Below are positions 43,600 to 57,950 of a stretch of 64,000 bases of DNA, piece after piece; the first letter of the stretch is position 1, and every line of letters begins with the position of its first letter. Both the position numbers and the translations under genes were made by a program. The stretch is from the human T2T-CHM13v2.0 reference genome, Homo sapiens: NCBI RefSeq assembly GCF_009914755.1, contig NC_060927.1. The stretch is one strand, 5' to 3'. Below the pieces are notes generated by a model, which saw only the letters and a program-made list of their open reading frames with translations, searched no databases and was not told the origin of the DNA.

Positions 43600-43889
43600 T
43601 TTTTTCTTTCTTTTTTTTAAAAATTTTTTAATTTTTTGAGATGAAGTCTTACTCTGTTGCTTAGGCCGGAGTGTAGTAGCATGATCTTGGCTCACTGCAA
43701 CCTCTGCCGAGCCCCCAGTTCAAGCAATTCTCATGTCTCAGCCTCCCAAGTAGCTGAGATTACAGGTGCCCACCACCACATCCAGCTAATTTTTTTTTTT
43801 TTTTTTTTGTATTTTTAGTAGAGATGGGATTTCACCATGTTGGCCAGACTGGTCTCAAACTCCTGACCTCGAGGGATCAGCCCGCCTTG
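43600..43889 (-). mobile_element. AluS, 5'-truncated
   Basis: Reverse Alu; TSD caggtagtccttt. Confidence 0.92.
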
Positions 43890-45699
43890 CAGGTAGTCCT
43901 TTATATCAATGTGAGAATGAACTAATACACCTAAACTTCAGCATCACCCATTTCCACCCTTTTCCTGGTGATGGCAAGAGAAGGAGAAGCAGAGTCTAAT
44001 TTGGGCTACAGCAGGTAAAATTTGAGAAATTTAATGAAGTCAAAATGAGACCACCCAGATCCTGAAATATAAAGATTAAGAAAAGCAAAGATTTAGTAAC
44101 CGGTTCTGAAGTCTCTGGACATCCTTTGGCACTTCAAAGCTTCCAGTGATTCTACAAGACTTATAGCAGAAACACCAATCTTAACATTTCAAGATTATTG
44201 CAACTTTTTCTTAATCTACCTCAATCCATTCTATATCATGCCATTAATAGACATGTCCTAAAATATGAGAATGAGAGCATAGGGGGTTGAGAAGAAACTA
44301 CAAGGGGATGGAAAGTGAAACGTTTCCCTAGTTTAGACCTCGTGAAATTCTTGAGGAATACCTCCTGGCACACTGCCTGGAATCCTGTCCCAAGCAGGGA
44401 AGCCAAGCCCTCTCCAAACAGGGCGTGAGTAGGAATTTTGCATCATCCTCCTAGAACCACGAGTAGGAGGGTCTTGTGGGACCATTCTGGTCCTGGGGAA
44501 CTAGAGTTGTTGGCTTCAATTGTAACCCAGAAAGTAGGCAACAAGGCCTACAGCTTTGTGTGCAGAGTTGAGGACAAACACTGACCAATATCATTCAAGA
44601 GAACTCCTTCCTCGCTAATTCAGTGCTGTGCCATCATTCTCATCATCTTTTCCCTTTTGTTCATGCTTCTCCCAGTGGAGTCTTTGTCCTCCAACTCCTC
44701 ACAGTTAGAGTCTCTACGTTTCTTTCCTTTTCCTCAAAGTAATCCCAGGAAAAGGTAGATAACTCCTTAATTCTCAATGCAAATTTCAAATATTTGACCA
44801 TCCATCTTCTGTCAAAGTGACCGACACTCAGAGCACTAGAAATTTGGAGTTTTCCTGGAAATAGAATCTTATGAGAATGTCTTTGCAAAGCAATGACTTT
44901 AACATTATGGAGTTTTACCCACGTGAGAAGACTGCTATTTGTTAAGGAATTGAGATTAATGAGTTGTCACATTCTTATGATGGAAAAGGAGACAGATGAT
45001 TTTGCAATTCATATTCAGCCTTCTTCTATTAAAATATAAAATCATGTGTCAAAGCATCTGGATGGTCTAAAAACAGTGGTTGCGTGGAGTATGGAGCTCA
45101 GTCACTTTTGAGAAAAAAATGCACGTTTATTTTTAAAGGAAAAATGAAAAAGAGGGATATTGGAATGTAGGGATGGTTATGTTGAGAAAGTTTGCCCAGA
45201 TTGACTTGACATCTTGGAAAATATTTTAGTTCATTTGAAAGGAGGAATCCAGTGCTTCCAGCCAGGACAATGAAAGAGAGTTCTAAGAAATTTAAATGCA
45301 TAAAAAGAAAAAAAAAAGTAAGAGGGGGCAAAAGTAGAGAGAAAACAACAAAGGATGGTAATATTCCAAACCCTAGAGTTGCAATTGTCTTTACCATTGG
45401 CTATCTTACCACACCTCCCTAGTATACATTCATACATTCATCTTCACTCACCTTTGGCTCTCCAGTGATTTCCAATGGATTGCGGTTAGAGTCTTGACAG
45501 ATGTGTCCAGTGGTCTTCAATCAGGATCACGATGAGAGACAAGCCAAGAATCCCATTTGCTCTTGCTCTGTTTGGAATATCTCCACATTAGCCCAACTTT
45601 CCATTACTGCTACTGACTTTAGACTTCTGGATGACAAACGTAAGAAAGAAAGTGATTCTGTTATCAAGCAAGGAGGATCCTAAAGAGCTCCTTGTTATC

Positions 45700-46450
45700 A
45701 TCACCAAGATCTGAAATTATGTGCTGTTCCATTTGTGAGCTCATTAATCTCTGTTTTCCAGTGGGAGCTTTGCAATTGCAAAGAGCTGCTCAGCGGTGAC
45801 CTCCAACAGCTGTCCAACTGCAGCATCCCTGGGCCACAGGCACACTGGCCTGATTGGAATGGGAATGCATATTTGGGGCATGGGGAGGCAACAGGAGGTT
45901 TGAGCTAATCAAAGCACAAAGCTTGTTTAGAATTTATTGATGTGTTGTTAACTGTGTTGCAGCTTTTCCTAGAATGATGGCTGTTTATTTATTGACTTTT
46001 CAAAAAAGCTTTCGATATTGTGGTTTGTTTATCACAGAGGTTTGAGTTGTTGAAAGTTGACCTTAAAATTGATGTAATTAACTGGTTTTAGTTTGCTGTG
46101 TTTAATTGATGTTGAAGTGTAGACAGGAAAGTATGTGGGGGTGGTGGTAATTTTCTAGTTAGTTGGACATTGTTTTTGGCTTTTAGAGCCTTCCGGTTAC
46201 TCAACAATAACTTTCCAAATGTTAGCTCTGCTCTGATTATTAGTTTTATGATGATGACTTTCCCATTATGCCTAATCAACAGCTGTGCGGAAACTCATTT
46301 TAATCATATTTTTCCTGCCTAGAAATTAGCGGATGAAGGATAATTACTACCCAATAGCTTGAGTTATGATTGGCTGCTTCCTAACCCTGTTGAAAATAAA
46401 AAATGCAAACTTAAAGAAAATGTAAAACTGTTATTTCTACTTTGTAAAAA
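45700..46450. promoter_or_regulatory. Candidate developmental enhancer (repeat-free, motif-dense)
   Basis: Tandem GGAATG (45856-45867), ATCAAAG (45908), CATTGTT (46168), CTTCCGGT (46190), several TGTTTA and TAAT cores. Confidence 0.4.
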
Positions 46451-47566
46451 AAAGTGTGAACTCTTTGCCTTTTTTCCTACCTGAAGACCGGGAATGAATT
46501 GCCCACTTCCCTACCTTAAGACCAGCATTACAAATCAGAGTTGCTTCATTAACTAGATTAATTAGATTAAACTAGATTAAAGATGCTTTTTACAGCATGA
46601 GACTTATGCACCCACAGGGTCATGAAGGATGATGGCAACATTTATTTCCAGAATGTAAGTAATGAACTTTTCCTTTCCATAATGTTTCACAGAAGCATGA
46701 GAACTTTCAATTAGGTCAGGGCTGGAATGGCTCATAAAGACCATCTATTCCAGGGCTGTGGACTGGGGGTATATATGCACATGTACATATTCGGGGAGAG
46801 TAGTCCCAGCTTCCAGACATTCTGAAGGGGACCATGGCTCCAAAGAAGTTAAAACCCACAGGCCAAACCCAGGTCTTTCATGTTACAAAAATGAAAATCA
46901 AAAGGGTCTCATAGAGTCAGTGGTGGCAGAATTGAGATTTAGAAGCAAGGTCATCACACTTCTCACCACCTTCTTGCCTCTCAGAAGAGCTGCCACGTCC
47001 CCTAATCCTGTATCACTGTTAGCACCGGCTCCTGAAGCCTCATCGCCCCTCATGTCACCACCCTCCGATACCGCTGTGGCAATGAATATGGGTCAGGGTG
47101 TGATATGCAACCAGTGAAGAAATGGGCCCTTCTGACTTCAGTGATTGGAAGGTGATGGATGGTTGGTTGTTTCCCCTGTATCACTGCTATTGAGTAAAGT
47201 GAGGAATCTATGAGCCATGACTTATAAAAGTTCCAGTGTACAACACCATTAATGACCAACAAGGCAATTAAGCACTAACTGGCCTTTAGATCAAAATGCC
47301 CTTATGACTCCAAAGAATATTAAACTAATAATAAATAATAGTTTGGATAACTGTTGAAAATACAATCTATATAACTTTATATAGTTTCTTTAGGTTTCAG
47401 ATATTATTGATATTTGATGGTAAAATAATCTTACAACATTGGAATAAACATGGAAGAACAGTGGAAACCTTTACAGTTTAGGATGTCTCAAAGGCCCGAA
47501 GATCTAAAAAAATAATTATATATATATATATATTTATATATATCTGCAGAGCTGATGTACTCTGAG

Positions 47567-47752
47567 GCAGAGTTTTCCAAACTTCATAGATTAAAACACC
47601 CGGAGGGCTTACTAAAACACAAATTGCTAGGCTCTACCCTGGAGTTTCTCATTCAGTAGATCTGGGGTGGGCCTGAGAATCTGCAATTCCAACAAGTTGC
47701 CAAATGAGCCTGATGTGGCTGGTCCAGGGATCACACTTCAAGAACCACTTGG
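47567..47752. mobile_element. MER5A hAT-Charlie element
   Basis: cagagttttccaaactt…ttcagtagatctggggtgggcctgagaatctgca…cacacttcaagaaccact. Confidence 0.8.
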
Positions 47753-48159
47753 TTAAAGCTAATGTTTACTGATTGTTACCAGCTTTATAGTACCATCTTC
47801 ACTCTTACATATTCCACTAACATTTAAGTGAAACACCTCTAAAAGGTCCCCTGTCATTTAGAAATCCTCTGTTGCGCTTCACATTTCATCACACACATCT
47901 GGCCCCTGTTCTGCCCCCTCCAACGTGGCATTGTCTTCCTCAGAGGGAAGGCAGGGATGCAGCAGGATGAAGCTCCTCTCTGGGTTGCCCACAAACCCTA
48001 CCACAGTGTCTTCAAACTTTGTTGCCTTTATTTGAAATTGAACTAAATTCAAAATAAGGAGGATGAACTAAATGACTTTAAAATTCTATTTTGGCCCTAA
48101 GGTTTTGTTATTCAAAGGCTACAATTTTGACCTGGACTTTTTTCTCATCTCCATGGTAG

Positions 48160-48565
48160 ACACCAGCTAGATGTTCATGAAACCCATTTCTCCAGCCTTC
48201 CTGGGTACACAGCTGGATTGCATTTCCCAGCCTTTCTTGCAGAAAGAGATGTAACCATGTGACTGATTTCTAGTCAATACAATGAATGAGCATTTACTTC
48301 CAGGACTGGCCCCCCAAAACGACCCATGCAGGATCATCCATGTTCTTTCCCTGCCACTGGCTTTAGGCAGATTCATAGATAAATTGATGATGCAGGAGAT
48401 GAAAGGTGCTTGGGTTTCCAAATCACTTGGAGGAGAACTGCCCCAATCTGGACCTTTTTTGAACTTTGCAAGAGTGAGAACTAAACTTCTGTTGTACAAA
48501 TCCACTGAGATTTTGGAGAGTCTATCTGTTCTAGGAATTAGAATTACCTTAACTAAATAATTCTA
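48160..48565 (+). mobile_element. Old MLT1 LTR
   Basis: catttcccagcctttcttgcag…ccatgtgactg…aaatccactgagatttt. Similar MLT1 remnants at ~49400-49840 and ~50445-50930. Confidence 0.6.
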
Positions 48566-51500
48566 CAGCCACAGCTCTGAGCCCTCATGTGCCTAGCCTG
48601 GGGAAATGCCATCTGTGATGGTCTTTGTTCCTCTCTCCCTCTCTCTCCTCATCCTTAAGCACCCATCTAATCATATCATAATGTCAACTTCTTTCATTTT
48701 CATATTAAGTCATCAAGGCCTTTAAGACTGTCACCAATCCAAATATCTTACCCCGTATTTCATAAAACCCACATCTTATGACTATGGAGAGATGCCATCC
48801 ATCTAAGTTAATCACCTCTTCATACAGAGCTGTTTATTAGGCACCTCCACTACTCCTATGCAGTGCCTAGACTTCTTCAGGAGAAGGGTTTCAGAAGGGT
48901 CAGTGCCCACAAAGTCCACAAACCTGCTGCAGGAATTGCATTTGTCTCTCCTGGCATTAAGGGGTTTAGATTCCTCGGGGCCTTTGTTCTGGCTGAGGAC
49001 AGGGATAGGGAGTTTACCTCCTGCTTGTGCAAAGGGTCTAGGGGACTTGGGAGAGTCTAATTGGTCTTGACTCTGCAGGTCCTAGCTAAAATCCTTTGTA
49101 AAAAAGAGGAACTAATTGTCTTGCAAGTGTCCCATGTCCAAGTGCTGTGCTGGTCATTTTGTGTCTTTTTTTAAAATGTAATGTAATGTAACCTTTAAAA
49201 CTGGGGGAAATGAGGCACAAAGGAAGTGAGTCTTTGACCCAATATCACCCAACAGTAATTGATACTTTTCTTTGTGATTCCAAAGCCTGTGTTCTTTCTA
49301 TTAATAGCATACCATGTATCCTTGCTAAAAATCAGCCCCCCTTGCTAAAATCAGAAACCACTCTCAGAAACCACTCCAAACTCCATGACTTCTTTTTTAA
49401 CAGAAGATCCACTGTTTGGTTTAGACAGAATGTGCCCACCTACTAAACTACATATCCCAGATGCCTTGCAACTAGGGAAGGGTACATGACTCATCCTAGC
49501 CAGTATGGTACAGATAGAATTGTTTAGGTAGAGCTTCTAGGAAAGCTCCTTAAGGCAATGGTGGACACAGTGAGAATACACTTTTTTAAAAAAATTGGCA
49601 TGTACCTTTTTATATTTTGCCTTTCCTTCTTCCTCCTGCCTAGAGCTCAAATGTGATGTCTGGAAAGGGAGTTGATATATTGTAACCATGAGGCAACAAG
49701 ATGACATCACCGAACCACATACCAGCTCCCTGCTGCCTCCCTCTGGACTTCTTTTACATGAGAAAAAAATAAAAGTTCTTATTTGTTTAAGCCACCATTT
49801 CTTCAGGTTTTCTGTTACTTGCAGCCAAACACAATGTTAAGTGTTCTTCCTTTGAACCAGTCCAGTACAGAAGCAGACATTTCCCAGTGGCCAAAGTGTA
49901 TACGAGATCTTCTGACTCCTCCTGCATCCCAAACCACATTCTCTAGAGTCCCTGAAAAGATGGTGACTGTGGGTATGAAGGCTGAGAGTCTGTGACCGAA
50001 TGGGCACCACTTGAAAGGGTCACTTTGCCTGCTGTTTGTACCCCTAAATGGAACTCCAGCACTCTCCTCCTGGAGCTGAATCCCAGAACTTCATACCCAG
50101 CAGGCAACTGACTATGTATGCAATATGTACACATACTTTTGTACACATACTTAAACCTCCATATAGTGCCATATGTTATTTCTCTTTCAGGTAATGGTCT
50201 TTCAGCTTCTCTCCAGCTTATTTCAAATAACTAATCAAAATACTCCAGCTACATGTGAAGTTTTCCAAACAAGCCTGACCTAGTTCTAATCATCCCAGTC
50301 ACCCTTGCATGCATTGCACTTTGCATGGCTTCTTGAGCAGTGTCCATCCCATAGGAAACAAAGCTGAACAGCATGAGAAGGTCATTCATGAGATGCATTT
50401 GTGATGCCCCCAGGGGTTCTCAGAAATAACTGGGAAAAGAATTTGCTCTGGATTACTATGGCTGTGTAGTAAATCACCCCAAAACTTAGAGGCTTTTAAA
50501 ACAACAAAAATCATTTATTATTTCCCACAGTTCCTATGAGTCAGGGGTTCAAACAGGCATAACAAGGCTTGCTTGGCTCTACTCAATATCTCAGACATTG
50601 GCTGAAAGAATCAAAGGCAGGGGGCAGGAATCCTCTAAAAGGTCATTCATTCACAATCAGGTGATTGGTGCTGCTGACTCGGCGGGGCCCAGCTGGAGCT
50701 GTCAACTGGAACATCCACATGAAGTCTCACCATGTGGCCCGAGCTTCCTCACAACATGGTTCCAAGGGCAGTTGTCCTGAGAGAGAGCCAGGTGGAAGCC
50801 ATATTGCCTTTTATGACCTAGCCTTGGAAGTCAACTGGAGTCACTTCTGCTACATTCTCCCTGGCTCAATGACAGGGAGCATAAACCCTAGCTCTTTTGA
50901 GGCATGTTAAGGATACATTGTAAGAACATGTGAGATGAGATGTATATGAGATGCCCCTAACTTATACCAGGGGAAGAGAGCAGAGGCAAGAGGCAGGGAA
51001 ATATGGTTATTGCCAGAGAGCCAGCAAAAATCAAATTACCTACTCAATTTTGTATTTATATGTGTGTTCAGATGCTTGCACCTGTTCTATTCTTTAGACC
51101 ATAAGATCTGTTATGCATACCTTATATTACAACGACCCACAGTCCTCAGTGTCTTTTCCTGTCCTGACTCCTTCCTCAGGCTTCAGCTGACATTTCCCAC
51201 GGTCCCCTTCTCCCCTTCCTGCTCTGCTCCTTGCCCTCAGTGTTCCTCAGCTCATAAAATGCAAGATATTTTTGTAACACCTAAATGCTTATGTTACTCC
51301 CAATTGATGGTAGTTAATATCAAATGCTGATGGAGCATTATCTGAATATGTCATTTTCTGAGGTTCTTTTATGTATCTAATATTAAAGTGTAAACTTCAA
51401 ATTATATCTAAAAGTACATATTGACTTACTGTAACTACAAACCCAAGATGCAGTAAACATGTTCAGAAGCGCTTGCCAAAATGGTACTTCTAGGAGCCTA

Positions 51501-52299
51501 TTAAGGTGCTTTAATATTTTATTTTGGATTATGCAGATAAAGTTTATAAACAAGATTGTTAAAAAATAATGGGGATGAGAAAGCCTTTCTATTTCCTTCT
51601 TTATATCTGGGTAGAGGAAATAAAATACATTGCATCTAAGTCTCCACACTATAGGGTGAGGACTGGGGCCATTCCAAACCTGTTCTGCCTGGATTAGTAC
51701 AGAAGAGGTGGCCCCTACCCACCACAGAACTTCTCAACCATAACCGATCTACCCGGTCACTTGGTAAGCATCATCTCATTAAATTTTACAATGATCCCGA
51801 ATTATTATCCCAATCTCACAGAGCTAAAAAGTGACACCATTTGGATTTGCACCCTTATCTGTCCAATTCTGATATTCCTGCTCTTTGGCCCACCCCACAC
51901 AACCTCTATCCTGATGTCATGGTAGAATTCATGCCAGGACCTTGTTAGGCAGGGTCAGCAGCATACTCATCAGGCAGGCAGCTGTCCCCCAGCTTAGCAC
52001 TGTATGATTTCCTCACTGGGAATAAGGAGATCAGAGTTCATATCCTAGCTCTTCCTGTTTCTGCAACATTGAACAAGTCACCCTTCTTGAATCTAATTTT
52101 CTTTTAAATTCATTAAATAATGTATAGTATTAGTTATCAACTAACTTATTGATAATTTAACTTCAAAATGCTCTAATGGTTTGCCATCTTTCTATTTTTA
52201 TAAATGTTAGACTATTGCCTCTGTTCATTATCGTCTTCTATTTCCACAAACATTTCCTTTTTGTATTTGCTATCATGTTCCAAAAAAAAAAACAAAACA

Positions 52300-52617
52300 C
52301 AATTGTTAAGAGATGAGGTCTCACTGTTGCCCAGGTTGGAGTGCAGTGGTGCAATCTTAGTCTTAGTTCACTGTAGCCTCAAACTCCTGGGTTCAAATGC
52401 TCAAATGATCTTCCTGCTTCAGTTTCCCAAGTAGCTGGGACTACAGGCATGCACCACCATGTCTAGATAAGTTTTTGTTTTTATTTTCTTAATTTTTATA
52501 GAGACAGGGTCTCACTATGTTTCCCAGACTGATCTTGAACTCCTGGGGTCAAGCAATCCTCCTGCCTCAGCCTCCCAAAGTGCTGGGATTACAGGCATGA
52601 GCTACCACAACCAGCCA
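52300..52617 (-). mobile_element. AluJ
   Basis: Reverse Alu; catgttccaaaaa repeated on both flanks. Confidence 0.9.
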
Positions 52618-52719
52618 TGTTCCAAAAATGTTATCAGATTTTATTTTTTTCTCAATGTTGCAACAGATAAATAGAATTAATTCTGCCATTTGTTTAGTAA
52701 ATTTTTCTATAGTTCAAAA

Positions 52720-52960
52720 TAATAATAGTTTTGTGTTTATTGAGCATTTGCTATGCACCAAGCACTTTGGATTATCTCATTTAATCCTACAAAAACTTCA
52801 TAAATTAGATTATATTATCACTCCCATTTTATAGAAGAGGAAACTGAAGCTTGGAGTGATTAGGTGACCTGCCCAAAGTTACAGAGTTAATGGTAGAACT
52901 GGCTTTAAACCCAGGGTCTGTCTGACTCCATGGCTTGAAGTCCTAACCACCAGGCATAAT
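52720..52960 (-). mobile_element. MIR SINE, near full length
   Basis: tttattgagcatttgctatg…cccattttatagaagaggaaactgaag…ctgtctgactcc. Confidence 0.8.
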
Positions 52961-53982
52961 TATCTCTACTAACACTTTCCTGATCCATCTTGTTATAACA
53001 AACAAGGTGACACATATGCAAACATTTGGTAAATTTTAGGTGTGAAACAAATGTTAGCTGTTTTGATTCTGATTAGGATAGGAAAACTGAGCTGGAAGAA
53101 GGTATCGACTCTCTGGGAATAAATGTCCACATAAATAGAGGAATCTAGAATTCTGGAGCCAGCCCCACTGTGCTCTCTGGAACCAAAGGCAGGCGGCCAG
53201 AATGCTTTATTATTAGATGGCTCCACTTAGCAGTATGCATTGTGTTCCACTTTAAGAAAAAGTAAATCTCTGTTAAAATGTCTTTCTGAACTGCTTTAAT
53301 TATAGATTAGCCTTGTCAATCTTAATAAAATTATGCTTTGTGTTTGAGGATTATATATATATATATACATATATATATATGTATATGCAAAAGCGCTCAA
53401 AAGTAATTACTTTCATTTCACAAGCATGTCATTTAAAAAATTCTTCTATTCACAGCTTGAGCTCTTTAACTCTTTTCTCAGACTCATTTCTAATCTGACC
53501 CCACCTAAAGCTAAAGCGTGGCTCCATGATATTGACAGCTTAAATGTCACATTAGTAACATGGCCATTGATTTTATATTTCTGCCCAGACTAGTAGACTT
53601 AAAGCAAAAACAGTGAAGGTCCAGCACTAAAAATGTTTATTTATTTCCAAATAATCTTCATTTATTATTACAATAAGATTTTTTTTTCAATATTAAGGCA
53701 TCTTCAAGATTTCTGATTCTAAGGAATGCTTTAATGGTGAACAGCTCTTTCAGATTTTTCTTACGGACTTACTGAAAAAGTGGCACTTGCCAATGTAGGC
53801 AAAACCTAGTCTATGGGAAATTAGCCTATACTGGAGAACCCTAGTTCCTTAAAATATTAACTGGAGTTTCAGTTAAGAAAAAAATATTGGAGAGGAAAAA
53901 ATTGCGGGAATTTGAGGGGAGTGCCTTGGTCATAGAAAGTTGGAAAACTGCTACCTTATATTTCTTTCTTTAGAGAATCACA

Positions 53983-54640
<658 letters not shown>

Positions 54641-54861
54641 TGAAAAATCTTGAAGCAATGAAGCTCACTGGGTATTTCCCAAACTTGCCTGACCACAAAA
54701 CCGCTTTCCCGAATAACAATAACAACTATATTATTTCAGAATATAATTTATTCTGAAATAAAAATGACTGAGGCATGCGACCAAACCACATGGACTTCCC
54801 AATACATACCATGATGAAAAAATATAGCTATCTAAGAAAGTTACTTTTTACATTGAGATTA

Positions 54862-55210
54862 CAACCATGCATTGCTTAACAACAGGGAAAAGTTCTGAGA
54901 AATGTATCTTTAGGTGATTTCATCATCGTGCAAACATCATAGAGTGTACTTACACAAATCTAGGTAGTATCGCTTACAACACATCTAGTCTATATGCTAT
55001 AGTTTATTGCTCCTAGGCTACAAACCTATTCAGTATGTTATTGTACTGAATACTGTAGACAATGCTATTTGTAGAGTACCTAAATTTGAAAATTTGTAGC
55101 TATCTAAATACAGAAAAGATACAGTAAAAATATTGTATTATAATCTTATGGGACCACCATCATATATGCAGTCCCTAGCTCTCTGAAAATCATTATGCAG
55201 GAAATGACTG
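54862..55210. mobile_element. Tigger3/MER7-like DNA transposon
   Basis: TA target duplication and TIRs caaccatgca…/…atgactg; gttctgagaaatg…ggctacaaacct motifs. Confidence 0.8.
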
Positions 55211-56727
55211 TATATTCCAAAATGAATTTGGTGACACAGAATAACATATTGATGGAAAACTCATAACACACTCTAAAAACTCTACGAATTTAGTGTCATT
55301 TATTTCTACTACATCTTATTCCACAAAGAATTGTGCCATAACTTACAATATGAATATAAATGGCAAAATCTAAAGAGGGAATCAAACAGAAAATAAATTT
55401 TGAATTAGAAAACTAAGGCCATATGGCAGTACAAACATAAATGTAAAAAAAAAAAGGAGGGGCCAGCACAGATATTAAAAAAAACTTTAAATTTAGTTCT
55501 GAGCTCCCTGGCAATGAAAGCAAAAAGGGATTCAAGACCATTTACCAAATTACTGTGATGAAAAAGAAGAAAGCTTTAACATGTCTCTAAAGAAAACATG
55601 GCTTTTTTGGGCTGAATTTCTAAAAGAAATCATTCAAAAGGGAGAATTTCATAGGAGACATGATGCCTCCCACTATTTTTCACAAATGCAATAATAACTT
55701 CATGTGGTTAACTCTTAGAATATTGCCAGTGATAAAGCTGAGAGCCAAATATCAAATTTTACGAAGTTAATAAGTTTCATTTGTCTTTGGCTGACTCACA
55801 AAGACAAGTTACAAATCTAATTAAGTCATGATAACCCTAAGAAAATTAGCTTTTACTTCACCATTTTCAGAATCAAACTAGCAGGCAAGAAAAGATAATG
55901 CACTCTTTGTGATTAACTAACAATTATAGGTAACACTTACACAGAGCTCACTATATGCCAAAGTTCTAAGCACTTTGTATGTATTCATTCATTTAATCTT
56001 CACAATGGAAGGTAGGTATTATTATACCCTTTATTTCATAGACAAGAAAATGCAGATCCAGTGATTAATTGTCCAAGATCACACGGCTGGCACTAACACC
56101 ATTTACTGTCACCAGCAGTTAGGGTCACCTTTCCACATCCATGGTTGGGAGAAATGGGACCAGTCTTAAGCTTTAGAGGGGATTAACACTACTCTGCTCA
56201 ATCGGTAGGATCAGTGGAATCACATAATTCGTTATCTTTGCATCCTAGTGCTGGTGAAAATGGTTCAGGCAAACTGCATCAATCAAGGGTCCAACCAGGA
56301 AAACGACCCATTCTGAATTTTTAAACAGAGAGAAATTTCATACAAGAAACTGTTTATGCAGGAAGTGCTAAGAATCTCCCAGAAAATGGTGAGACAGCCT
56401 GGAGACTGGTAATAGTAGGAAGGAGGAGGTGGTCTTATGGGAGCCTGGGGAGGCAGGGGAATTGACTGACAGCAGCTGGAGCCACAGCAGGCCTCAATAG
56501 GAGCCGCGGAGGAGCTGCCAGTGTCCCCACCCTGGCTTCACCCTTTATCTTCCTTCAAATCTCCCACTGACTGAACTCTGCCAGAATTTCACCAACAGGG
56601 AAATGCACCCTCCAGGGATCAGCTCTCCTGTGATACAGGGCAGAGCTGTAAAAGGTTGAGAACGAAATCCAAAAGCAAAAACACGCAAGACTGGCTCACA
56701 CACTAACACTACAAAAGTGGAAATTCT

Positions 56728-57024
56728 GGCCAGGAGCAATGGCTCACTCCTATAATCCCAGCAATTTGGGAGGCCAAAGTGGGCAGATTGCTTGAGCTCA
56801 GGAACAGACCAGCTGGGCAACATGGTGAAACCCTGTCTTTACCAAAAATAAAAAAGAAAAAATTAGCAGGATGTGGTGGCACATGCCTATAGTCCTAGCT
56901 ACTCAGCAGGCTGAGGTGGGAGGGTCGCCTGAGCCCAGGAGGTAGAGGATGCAGTGAGCAGAGATCACACCATTGCATTCCAGCCTGAGCAACAGAGTGA
57001 GACGCTGTCAAAAAAAAAAAAAAA
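56728..57024 (+). mobile_element. AluJ
   Basis: Dimeric Alu with poly(A). Confidence 0.92.
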
Positions 57025-57782
57025 GGTAGACATTCTCTCTTCAAGTAGCTGGAGCATACGGACCTCAGAAGGCAAATCCCATAGTAAATACAGTCCATTT
57101 CTCTAAAGCCCAAGTCACTATAACAAGGGGAAAATCCTCTTTATGCTTGAAAGAATACATAAGTAAAATGATTCATCCAGCAAGCAGCAAAACCATGGAA
57201 TTGTTACTCAAAAGAGGAGTATATATTGAAAACATAAATAGATTCATAAACTTAGGTAAATTAATTCTACAAAAATGTATTCAGCACCTATTATGTATAA
57301 GTTGGTAGAGGCTCCTGGATGATATGGCAATGGCATTCTGGAATCCTGTAAGCTCTTCACAGGTGTGCTGCATTCATTTTGTCCCTGCTGAGTCCCATAC
57401 ATGTAAGTGATGCCTGTTAGACAGAATGGTGAAGGTTGCACGTCTTGTGACTTGAGTTCAGTGAGATAAATCTTGCTGCGGGAGGTAAGAAGAACGTTCT
57501 AACAGCAAGTAGGGGCTAGGGAAACGTGCTTACAGAAACATTTGAGAGCATTGTTTTATGAATTTCTGATGGAACACAGGCAGACAGTGAGGCATTGCAT
57601 CCAAACAACAACATAGCAGTGGGTGGAAGGCAACATAGGTCCAGGTGAACCCTTCAAGAGAGCCTCCCAAAGTCTAGTATTCAAAGAGACGGAAAGCCAC
57701 CGTGCTGCAGAGACACATACACAAAGCCTACCACCATAAGCTTATTTCTAAAAGTCCTAAGGCCAAGATGTGTACATAACTA

Positions 57783-57950
<168 letters not shown>

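Larger units (their letters stand above)
42878..43929 (+). mobile_element. MST MaLR LTR interrupted by an antisense THE1 LTR and an antisense Alu
   Basis: tgatatggttcggctctgtg…aactaataca; TSD gctaa/cctaa; pieces at 42878-42977, 43342-43599, 43890-43929. Confidence 0.85.

Noticed and set aside
47515-47545. (TA)n microsatellite (also ~53352-53385; GA runs at ~1568 and ~1904)
   Set aside because: Ordinary simple repeats.
54731-54761. 13-bp perfect inverted repeat (similar 12-bp one at 58605-58631)
   Set aside because: Short and very AT-rich; plausible by chance or local template switching, with no supporting context.
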